This document shows positions 50,701 to 62,700 of a stretch of DNA of 64,000 bases, one piece after another (the first letter of the stretch is position 1; every line of letters begins with the position of its first letter). This DNA comes from Botryllus schlosseri (taxonomy: Eukaryota). The stretch spans positions 10,914,001-10,978,000 of the forward strand of contig CM119372.1 in assembly GCA_051294905.1 (NCBI GenBank), written 5' to 3'. Made by a program: the position numbers and the translations under genes. Under the pieces are notes generated by a model. The model was not told the origin of the DNA. It was given only the letters and a program-made list of their open reading frames with translations, and made no database searches.

Positions 50701-53700
50701 TTGTCTGCTACATTGACTTCGACGCCGTGACCGCCAGAATGATCACCGTCCACATTGACGCCGAGTGCCATTGGGCCCATGGCGAATTGGAATCCGTTGT
50801 TTGCGTTGGCGTGTGCAATAGCATCACCGCTTCCGTAGTGAGGTCCTCCGGTTGCGATTGCTTTAGCAGCGGCGTTGTTTCCGAAGTTAAGGTTAATTCC
50901 GCCCATACCCATGTTTGCGAAGAGGTCGCCGTATTGTCCTTTGCCTCCGTCGGTGGTGACATCAACTGCAAGATCGCTATCGACGTGTGCGTCAGCGATG
51001 GCGAGAGTGTTGTCTGCTACATCGACTTCGACGCCGTGACCGCCAGAATGATCACCGTCCACATTGACGCCGAGTCCCATTGGGCCCATGGCGAATTGGA
51101 ATCCGTTGTTTGCGTTGGCGTGTGCAATAGCATCACCGCTTCCGTAGTGAGGTCCTCCGGTTGCGATTGCTTTAGCAGCGGCGTTGTTTCCGAAGTTAAG
51201 GTTAATTCCGCCCATACCCATGTTTGCGAAGAGGTCGCCGTATTGTCCTTTGCCTCCGTCGGTGGTGACATCAACTGCAAGATCGCTATCGACGTGTGCG
51301 TCAGCGATGGCGAGAGTGTTGTCTGCTACATCGACTTCGACGCCGTGACCGCCAGAATGATCACCGTCCACATTGACGCCGAGTCCCATTGGGCCCATGG
51401 CGAATTGGAATCCGTTGTTTGCGTTGGCGTGTGCAATAGCATCACCGCTTCCGTAGTGAGGTCCTCCGGTTGCGATTGCTTTAGCAGCGGCGTTGTTTCC
51501 GAAGTTAAGGTTAATTCCGCCCATACCCATGTTTGCGAAGAGGTCGCCGTATTGTCCTTTGCCTCCGTCGGTGGTGACATCAACTGCAAGATCGCTATCG
51601 ACGTGTGCGTCAGCGATGGCGAGAGTGTTGTCTGCTACATCGACTTCGACGCCGTGACCGCCAGAATGATCACCGTCCACATTGACGCCGAGTCCCATTG
51701 GGCCCATGGCGAATTGGAATCCGTTGTTTGCGTTGGCGTGTGCAATAGCATCACCGCTTCCGTAGTGAGGTCCTCCGGTTGCGATTGCTTTAGCAGCGGC
51801 GTTGTTTCCGAAGTTAAGGTTAATTCCGCCCATACCCATGTTTGCGAAGAGGTCGCCGTATTGTCCTTTGCCTCCGTCGGTGGTGACATCAACTGCAAGA
51901 TCGCTATCGACGTGTGCGTCAGCGATGGCGAGAGTGTTGTCTGCTACTTCGACTTCGACGCCGTGACCGCCAGAATGATCACCGTCCACATTGACGCCGA
52001 GCCCCATTGGGCCCATGGCGAATTGGAATCCGTTGTTTGCGTTGGCGTGTGCAATAGCATCACCGCTTCCGTAGTGAGGTCCTCCGGTTGCGATTGCTTT
52101 AGCAGCGGCGTTGTTTCCGAAGTTAAGGTTAATTCCGCCCATACCCATGTTTGCGAAGAGGTCGCCGTATTGTCCTTTGCCTCCGTCGGTGGTGACATCA
52201 ACTGCAAGATCGCTATCGACGTGTGCGTCAGCGATGGCGAGAGTGTTGTCTGCTACATCGACTTCGACGCCGTGACCGCCAGAATGATCACCGTCCACAT
52301 TGACGCCGAGTCCCATTGGGCCCATGGCGAATTGGAATCCGTTGTTTGCGTTGGCGTGTGCAATAGCATCACCGCTTCCGTAGTGAGGTCCTCCGGTTGC
52401 GATTGCTTTAGCAGCGGCGTTGTTTCCGAAGTTAAGGTTAATTCCGCCCATACCCATGTTTGCGAAGAGGTCGCCGTATTGTCCTTTGCCTCCGTCGGTG
52501 GTGACATCAACTGCAAGATCGCTATCGACGTGTGCGTCAGCGATGGCGAGAGTGTTGTCTGCTACATCGACTTCGACGCCGTGACCGCCAGAATGATCAC
52601 CGTCCACATTGACGCCGAGTCCCATTGGGCCCATGGCGAATTGGAATCCGTTGTTTGCGTTGGCGTGTGCAATAGCATCACCGCTTCCGTAGTGAGGTCC
52701 TCCGGTTGCGATTGCTTTAGCAGCGGCGTTGTTTCCGAAGTTAAGGTTAATTCCGCCCATACCCATGTTTGCGAAGAGGTCGCCGTATTGTCCTTTGCCT
52801 CCGTCGGTGGTGACATCAACTGCAAGATCGCTATCGACGTGTGCGTCAGCGATGGCGAGAGTGTTGTCTGCTACATCGACTTCGACGCCGTGACCGCCAG
52901 AATGATCACCGTCCACATTGACGCCGAGTCCCATTGGGCCCATGGCGAATTGGAATCCGTCGTTTGCGTTGGCGTGTGCAATAGCATCACCGCTTCCGTA
53001 GTGAGGTCCTCCGGTTGCGATTGCTTGAGCAGCGGCGTTGTTTCCGAAGTTAAGGTTAATTCCGCCCATACCCATGTTTGCGAAGAGGTCGCCGTATTGT
53101 CCTTTGCCTCCGTCGGTGGTGACATCAACTGCAAGATCGCTATCGACGTGTGCGTCAGCGATGGCGAGAGTGTTGTCTGCTACATCGACTTCGACGCCGT
53201 GACCGCCAGAATGATCACCGTCCACATTGACGCCGAGTCCCATTGGGCCCATGGCGAATTGGAATCCGTTGTTTGCGTTGGCGTGTGCAATAGCATCACC
53301 GCTTCCGTAGTGAGGTCCTCCGGTTGCGATTGCTTTAGCAGCGGCGTTGTTTCCGAAGTTAAGGTTAATTCCGCCCATACCCATGTTTGCGAAGAGGTCG
53401 CCGTATTGTCCTTTGCCTCCGTCGGTGGTGACATCAACTGCAAGATCGCTATCGACGTGTGCGTCAGCGATGGCGAGAGTGTTGTCTGCTACATCGACTT
53501 CGACGCCGTGACCGCCAGAATGATCACCGTCCACATTGACGCCGAGTCCCATTGGGCCCATGGCGAATTGGAATCCGTTGTTTGCGTTGGCGTGTGCAAT
53601 AGCATCACCGCTTCCGTAGTGAGGTCCTCCGGTTGCGATTGCTTTAGCAGCGGCGTTGTTTCCGAAGTTAAGGTGAATTCCGCCCATACCCATGTTTGCG

Positions 53701-56700
53701 AAGAGGTCGCCGTATTGTCCTTTGCCTCCGTCGGTGGTGACATCAACTGCAAGATCGCTATCGACGTGTGCGTCAGCGATGGCGAGAGTGTTGTCTGCTA
53801 CATCGACTTCGACGCCGTGACCGCCAGAATGATCACCGTCCACATTGACGCCGAGTCCCATTGGGCCCATGGCGAATTGGAATCCGTTGTTTGCGTTGGC
53901 GTGTGCAATAGCATCACCGCTTCCGTAGTGAGGTCCTCCGGTTGCGATTGCTTTAGCAGCGGCGTTGTTTCCGAAGTTAAGGTTAATTCCGCCCATACCC
54001 ATGTTTGCGAAGAGGTCGCCGTATTGTCCTTTGCCTCCGTCGGTGGTGACATCAACTGCAAGATCGCTATCGACGTGTGCGTCAGCGATGGCGAGAGTGT
54101 TGTCTGCTACATCGACTTCGACGCCGTGACCGCCAGAATGATCACCGTCCACATTGACGCCGAGTCCCATTGGGCCCATGGCGAATTGGAATCCATTGTT
54201 TGCGCTGGCGTGTGCAATAGCATCACCGCTTCCGTAGTGAGGTCCTCCGGTTGCGATTGCTTTAGCAGCGGCGTTGTTTCCGAAGTTAAGGTTAATTCCG
54301 CCCATACCCATGTTTGCGAAGAGGTCGCCGTATTGTCCTTTGCCTCCGTCGGTGGTGACATCAACTGCAAGATCGCTATCGACGTGTGCGTCAGCGATGG
54401 CGAGAGTGTTGTCTGCTACATCGACTTCGACGCCGTGACCGCCAGAATGATCACCGTCCACATTGACGCCGAGTCCCATTGGGCCCATGGCGAATTGGAA
54501 TCCGTTGTTTGCGCTGGCGTGTGCAATAGCATCACCGCTTCCGTAGTGAGGTCCTCCGGTTGCGATTGCTTTAGCAGCGGCGTTGTTTCCGAAGTTAAGG
54601 TTAATTCCGCCCATACCCATGTTTGCGAAGAGGTCGCCGTATTGTCCTTTGCCTCCGTCGGTGGTGACATCAACTGCAAGATCGCTATCGACGTGTGCGT
54701 CAGCGATGGCGAGAGTGTTGTCTGCTACATCGACTTCGACGCCGTGACCGCCAGAATGATCACCGTCCACATTGACGCCGAGTCCCATTGGGCCCATGGC
54801 GAATTGGAATCCGTTGTTTGCGTTGGCGTGTGCAATAGCATCACCGCTTCCGTAGTGAGGTCCTCCGGTTGCGATTGCTTTAGCAGCGGCGTTGTTTCCG
54901 AAGTTAAGGTTAATTCCGCCCATACCCATGTTTGCGAAGAGGTCGCCGTATTGTCCTTTGCCTCCGTCGGTGGTGACATCAACTGCAAGATCGCTATCGA
55001 CGTGTGCGTCAGCGATGGCGAGAGTGTTGTCTGCTACATCGACTTCGACGCCGTGACCGCCAGAATGATCACCGTCCACATTGACGCCGAGTCCCATTGG
55101 GCCCATGGCGAATTGGAATCTGTTGTTTGCGTTGGCGTGTGCAATAGCATCACCGCTTCCGTAGTGAGGTCCTCCGGTTGCGATTGCTTTAGCAGCGGCG
55201 TTGTTTCCGAAGTTAAGGTTAATTCCGCCCATACCCATGTTTGCGAAGAGGTCGCCGTATTGTCCTTTGCCTCCGTCGGTGGTGACATCAACTGCAAGAT
55301 CGCTATCGACGTGTGCGTCAGCGATGGCGAGAGTGTTGTCTGCTACATCGACTTCGACGCCGTGATCGCCTGAATGATCACCGTCCACATTGACGCCGAG
55401 TCCCATTGGGCCCATGGCGAATTGGAATCCGTTGTTTGCGTTGGCGTGTGCAATAGCATCACCGCTTCCGTAGTGAGGTCCTCCGGTTGCGATTGCTTTA
55501 GCAGCGGCGTTGTTTCCGAAGTTAAGGTTAATTCCGCCCATACCCATGTTTGCGAAGAGGTCGCCGTATTGTCCTTTGCCTCCGTCGGTGGTGACATCAA
55601 CTGCAAGATCGCTATCGACGTGTGCGTCAGCGATGGCGAGAGTGTTGTCTGCTACATCGACTTCGACGCCGTGACCGCCAGAATGATCACCGTCCACATT
55701 GACGCCGAGTCCCATTGGGCCCATGGCGAATTGGAATCCGTTGTTTGCGTTGGCGTGTGCAATAGCATCACCGCTTCCGTAGTGAGGTCCTCCGGTTGCG
55801 ATTGCTTTAGCAGCGGCGTTGTTTCCGAAGTTAAGGTTAATTCCGCCCATACCCATGTTTGCGAAGAGGTCGCCGTATTGTCCTTTGCCTCCGTCGGTGG
55901 TGACATCAACTGCAAGATCGCTATCGACGTGTGCGTCAGCGATGGCGAGAGTGTTGTCTGCTACATCGACTTCGACGCCGTGACCGCCAGAATGATCACC
56001 GTCCACATTGACGCCGAGTCCCATTGGGCCCATGGCGAATTGGAATCCGTTGTTTGCGTTGGCGTGTGCAATAGCATCACCGCTTCCGTAGTGAGGTCCT
56101 CCGGTTGCGATTGCTTTAGCAGCGGCGTTGTTTCCGAAGTTAAGGTTAATTCCGCCCATACCCATGTTTGCGAAGAGGTCGCCGTATTGTCCTTTGCCTC
56201 CGTCGGTGGTGACATCAACTGCAAGATCGCTATCGACGTGTGCGTCAGCGATGGCGAGAGTGTTGTCTGCTACATCGACTTCGACGCCGTGACCGCCAGA
56301 ATGATCACCGTCCACATTGACGCCGAGTCCCATTGGGCCCATGGCGAATTGGAATCCGTTGTTTGCGTTGGCGTGTGCAATAGCATCACCGCTTCCGTAG
56401 TGAGGTCCTCCGGTTGCGATTGCTTTAGCAGCGGCGTTGTTTCCGAAGTTAAGGTTAATTCCGCCCATACCCATGTTTGCGAAGAGGTCGCCGTGTTGTC
56501 CTTTGCCTCCGTCGGTGGTGACATCAACTGCAAGATCGCTATCGACGTGTGCGTCAGCGATGGCGAGAGTGTTGTCTGCTACATCGACTTCGACGCCGTG
56601 ACCGCCAGAATGATCACCGTCCACATTGACGCCGAGCCCCATTGGGCCCATGGCGAATTGGAATCCGTTGTTTGCGTTGGCGTGTGCAATAGCATCACCG

Positions 56701-59700
56701 CTTCCGTAGTGAGGTCCTCCGGTTGCGATTGCTTTAGCAGCGGCGTTGTTTCCGAAGTTAAGGTTAATTCCGCCCATACCCATGTTTGCGAAGAGGTCGC
56801 CGTATTGTCCTTTGCCTCCGTCGGTGGTGACATCAACTGCAAGATCGCTATCGACGTGTGCGTCAGCGATGGCGAGAGTGTTGTCTGCTACATCGACTTC
56901 GACGCCGTGACCGCCAGAATGATCACCGTCCACATTGACGCCGAGTCCCATTGGGCCCATGGCGAATTGGAATCCGTTGTTTGCGTTGGCGTGTGCAATA
57001 GCATCACCGCTTCCGTAGTGAGGTCCTCCGGTTGCGATTGCTTTAGCAGCGGCGTTGTTTCCGAAGTTAAGGTTAATTCCGCCCATACCCATGTTTGCGA
57101 AGAGGTCGCCGTATTGTCCTTTGCCTCCGTCGGTGGTGACATCAACTGCAAGATCGCTATCGACGTGTGCGTCAGCGATGGCGAGAGTGTTGTCTGCTAC
57201 ATCGACTTCGACGCCGTGACCGCCAGAATGATCACCGTCCACATTGACGCCGAGTCCCATTGGGCCCATGGCGAATTGGAATCCGTTGTTTGCGTTGGCG
57301 TGTGCAATAGCATCACCGCTTCCGTAGTGAGGTCCTCCGGTTGCGATTGCTTTAGCAGCGGCGTTGTTTCCGAAGTTAAGGTTAATTCCGCCCATACCCA
57401 TGTTTGCGAAGAGGTCGCCGTATTGTCCTTTGCCTCCGTCGGTGGTGACATCAACTGCAAGATCGCTATCGACGTGTGCGTCAGCGATGGCGAGAGTGTT
57501 GTCTGCTACATCGACTTCGACGCCGTGACCGCCAGAATGATCACCGTCCACATTGACGCCGAGTCCCATTGGGCCCATGGCGAATTGGAATCCGTCGTTT
57601 GCGTTGGCGTGTGCAATAGCATCACCGCTTCCGTAGTGAGGTCCTCCGGTTGCGATTGCTTTAGCAGCGGCGTTGTTTCCGAAGTTAAGGTTAATTCCGC
57701 CCATACCCATGTTTGCGAAGAGGTCGCCGTATTGTCCTTTGCCTCCGTCGGTGGTGACATCAACTGCAAGATCGCTATCGACGTGTGCGTCAGCGATGGC
57801 GAGAGTGTTGTCTGCTACATCGACTTCGACGCCGTGACCGCCAGAATGATCACCGTCCACATTGACGCCGAGTCCCATTGGGCCCATGGCGAATTGGAAT
57901 CCGTTGTTTGCGTTGGCGTGTGCAATAGCATCACCGCTTCCGTAGTGAGGTCCTCCGGTTGCGATTGCTTTAGCAGCGGCGTTGTTTCCGAAGTTAAGGT
58001 TAATTCCGCCCATACCCATGTTTGCGAAGAGGTCGCCGTATTGTCCTTTGCCTCCGTCGGTGGTGACATCAACTGCAAGATCGCTATCGACGTGTGCGTC
58101 AGCGATGGCGAGAGTGTTGTCTGCTACATCGACTTCGACGCCGTGACCGCCAGAATGATCACCGTCCACATTGACGCCGAGTCCCATTGGGCCCATGGCG
58201 AATTGGAATCCGTTGTTTGCGTTGGCGTGTGCAATAGCATCACCGCTTCCGTAGTGAGGTCCTCCGGTTGCGATTGCTTTAGCAGCGGCGTTGTTACCGA
58301 AGTTAAGGTGAATTCCGCCCATACCCATGTTTGCGAAGAGGTCGCCGTATTGTCCTTTGCCTCCGTCGGTGGTGACATCAACTGCAAGATCGCTATCGAC
58401 GTGTGCGTCAGCGATGGCGAGAGTGTTGTCTGCTACATCGACTTCGACGCCGTGACCGCCAGAATGATCACCGTCCACATTGACGCCGAGTCCCATTGGG
58501 CCCATGGCGAATTGGAATCCGTTGTTTGCGTTGGCGTGTGCAATAGCATCACCGCTTCCGTAGTGAGGTCCTCCGGTTGCGATTGCTTTAGCAGCGGCGT
58601 TGTTTCCGAAGTTAAGGTTAATTCCGCCCATACCCATGTTTGCGAAGAGGTCGCCGTATTGTCCTTTGCCTCCGTCGGTGGTGACATCAACTGCAAGATC
58701 GCTATCGACGTGTGCGTCAGCGATGGCGAGAGTGTTGTCTGCTACATCGACTTCGACGCCGTGACCGCCAGAATGATCACCGTCCACATTGACGCCGAGT
58801 CCCATTGGGCCCATGGCGAATTGGAATCCGTTGTTTGCGCTGGCGTGTGCAATAGCATCACCGCTTCCGTAGTGAGGTCCTCCGGTTGCGATTGCTTTAG
58901 CAGCGGCGTTGTTTCCGAAGTTAAGGTTAATTCCGCCCATACCCATGTTTGCGAAGAGGTCGCCGTATTGTCCTTTGCCTCCGTCGGTGGTGACATCAAC
59001 TGCAAGATCGCTATCGACGTGTGCGTCAGCGATGGCGAGAGTGTTGTCTGCTACATCGACTTCGACGCCGTGACCGCCAGAATGATCACCGTCCACATTG
59101 ACGCCGAGTCCCATTGGGCCCATGGCGAATTGGAATCCGTTGTTTGCGCTGGCGTGTGCAATAGCATCACCGCTTCCGTAGTGAGGTCCTCCGGTTGCGA
59201 TTGCTTTAGCAGCGGCGTTGTTTCCGAAGTTAAGGTTAATTCCGCCCATACCCATGTTTGCGAAGAGGTCGCCGTATTGTCCTTTGCCTCCGTCGGTGGT
59301 GACATCAACTGCAAGATCGCTATCGACGTGTGCGTCAGCGATGGCGAGAGTGTTGTCTGCTACATCGACTTCGACGCCGTGACCGCCAGAATGATCACCG
59401 TCCACATTGACGCCGAGTCCCATTGGGCCCATGGCGAATTGGAATCCGTTGTTTGCGTTGGCGTGTGCAATAGCATCACCGCTTCCGTAGTGAGGTCCTC
59501 CGGTTGCGATTGCTTTAGCAGCGGCGTTGTTTCCGAAGTTAAGGTTAATTCCGCCCATACCCATGTTTGCGAAGAGGTCGCCGTATTGTCCTTTGCCTCC
59601 GTCGGTGGTGACATCAACTGCAAGATCGCTATCGACGTGTGCGTCAGCGATGGCGAGAGTGTTGTCTGCTACATCGACTTCGACGCCGTGACCGCCAGAA

Positions 59701-62700
59701 TGATCACCGTCCACATTGACGCCGAGTCCCATTGGGCCCATGGCGAATTGGAATCCGTTGTTTGCGTTGGCGTGTGCAATAGCATCACCGCTTCCGTAGT
59801 GAGGTCCTCCGGTTGCGATTGCTTTAGCAGCGGCGTTGGAAGCGGTGATGCTATTGCACACGCCAACGCAAACAACGGATTCCAATTCGCCATGGGCCCA
59901 ATGGGACTCGGCGTCAATGTGGACGGTGATCATTCTGGCGGTCACGGCGTCGAAGTCGATGGCGAGAGTGTTGTCTGCTACATCGACTTCGACGCCGTGA
60001 TCGCCTGAATGATCACCGTCCACATTGACGCCGAGTCCCATTGGGCCCATGGCGAATTGGAATCCGTTGTTTGCGTTGGCGTGTGCAATAGCATCACCGC
60101 TTCCGTAGTGAGGTCCTCCGGTTGCGATTGCTTTAGCAGCGGCGTTGTTTCCGAAGTTAAGGTTAATTCCGCCCATACCCATGTTTGCGAAGAGGTCGCC
60201 GTATTGTCCTTTGCCTCCGTCGGTGGTGACATCAACTGCAAGATCGCTATCGACGTGTGCGTCAGCGATGGCGAGAGTGTTGTCTGCTACATCGACTTCG
60301 ACGCCGTGACCGCCAGAATGATCACCGTCCACATTGACGCCGAGTCCCATTGGGCCCATGGCGAATTGGAATCCGTTGTTTGCGTTGGCGTGTGCAATAG
60401 CATCACCGCTTCCGTAGTGAGGTCCTCCGGTTGCGATTGCTTTAGCAGCGGCGTTGTTTCCGAAGTTAAGGTTAATTCCGCCCATACCCATGTTTGCGAA
60501 GAGGTCGCCGTATTGTCCTTTGCCTCCGTCGGTGGTGACATCAACTGCAAGATCGCTATCGACGTGTGCGTCAGCGATGGCGAGAGTGTTGTCTGCTACA
60601 TCGACTTCGACGCCGTGACCGCCAGAATGATCACCGTCCACATTGACGCCGAGTCCCATTGGGCCCATGGCGAATTGGAATCCGTTGTTTGCGTTGGCGT
60701 GTGCAATAGCATCACCGCTTCCGTAGTGAGGTCCTCCGGTTGCGATTGCTTTAGCAGCGGCGTTGTTTCCGAAGTTAAGGTTAATTCCGCCCATACCCAT
60801 GTTTGCGAAGAGGTCGCCGTATTGTCCTTTGCCTCCGTCGGTGGTGACATCAACTGCAAGATCGCTATCGACGTGTGCGTCAGCGATGGCGAGAGTGTTG
60901 TCTGCTACATCGACTTCGACGCCGTGACCGCCAGAATGATCACCGTCCACATTGACGCCGAGTCCCATTGGGCCCATGGCGAATTGGAATCCGTTGTTTG
61001 CGTTGGCGTGTGCAATAGCATCACCGCTTCCGTAGTGAGGTCCTCCGGTTGCGATTGCTTTAGCAGCGGCGTTGTTTCCGAAGTTAAGGTTAATTCCGCC
61101 CATACCCATGTTTGCGAAGAGGTCGCCGTGTTGTCCTTTGCCTCCGTCGGTGGTGACATCAACTGCAAGATCGCTATCGACGTGTGCGTCAGCGATGGCG
61201 AGAGTGTTGTCTGCTACATCGACTTCGACGCCGTGACCGCCAGAATGATCACCGTCCACATTGACGCCGAGTCCCATTGGGCCCATGGCGAATTGGAATC
61301 CGTTGTTTGCGTTGGCGTGTGCAATAGCATCACCGCTTCCGTAGTGAGGTCCTCCGGTTGCGATTGCTTTAGCAGCGGCGTTGTTTCCGAAGTTAAGGTT
61401 AATTCCGCCCATACCCATGCTTGCGAAGAGGTCGCCGTATTGTCCTTTGCCTCCGTCGGTGGTGACATCAACTGCAAGATCGCTATCGACGTGTGCGTCA
61501 GCGATGGCGAGAGTGTTGTCTGCTACATCGACTTCGACGCCGTGACCGCCAGAATGATCACCGTCCACATTGACGCCGAGTCCCATTGGGCCCATGGCGA
61601 ATTGGAATCCGTTGTTTGCGTTGGCGTGTGCAATAGCATCACCGCTTCCGTAGTGAGGTCCTCCGGTTGCGATTGCTTTAGCAGCGGCGTTGTTTCCGAA
61701 GTTAAGGTTAATTCCGCCCATACCCATGTTTGCGAAGAGGTCGCCGTATTGTCCTTTGCCTCCGTCGGTGGTGACATCAACTGCAAGATCGCTATCGACG
61801 TGTGCGTCAGCGATGGCGAGAGTGTTGTCTGCTACATCGACTTCGACGCCGTGACCGCCAGAATGATCACCGTCCACATTGACGCCGAGTCCCATTGGGC
61901 CCATGGCGAATTGGAATCCGTTGTTTGCGTTGGCGTGTGCAATAGCATCACCGCTTCCGTAGTGAGGTCCTCCGGTTGCGATTGCTTTAGCAGCGGCGTT
62001 GTTTCCGAAGTTAAGGTTCATTCCGCCCATACCCATGTTTGCGAAGAGGTCGCCGTATTGTCCTTTGCCTCCGTCGGTGGTGACATCAACTGCAAGATCG
62101 CTATCGACGTGTGCGTCAGCGATGGCGAGAGTGTTGTCTGCTACATCGACTTCGACGCCGTGACCGCCAGAATGATCACCGTCCACATTGACGCCGAGTC
62201 CCATTGGGCCCATGGCGAATTGGAATCCGTTGTTTGCGTTGGCGTGTGCAATAGCATCACCGCTTCCGTAGTGAGGTCCTCCGGTTGCGATTGCTTTAGC
62301 AGCGGCGTTGTTTCCGAAGTTAAGGTTAATTCCGCCCATACCCATGTTTGCGAAGAGGTCGCCGTATTGTCCTTTGCCTCCGTCGGTGGTGACATCAACT
62401 GCAAGATCGCTATCGACGTGTGCGTCAGCGATGGCGAGAGTGTTGTCTGCTACATCGACTTCGACGCCGTGATCGCCTGAATGATCACCGTCCACATTGA
62501 CGCCGAGTCCCATTGGGCCCATGGCGAATTGGAATCCGTTGTTTGCGTTGGCGTGTGCAATAGCATCACCGCTTCCGTAGTGAGGTCCTCCGGTTGCGAT
62601 TGCTTTAGCAGCGGCGTTGTTTCCGAAGTTAAGGTTAATTCCGCCCATACCCATGTTTGCGAAGAGGTCGCCGTATTGTCCTTTGCCTCCGTCGGTGGTG

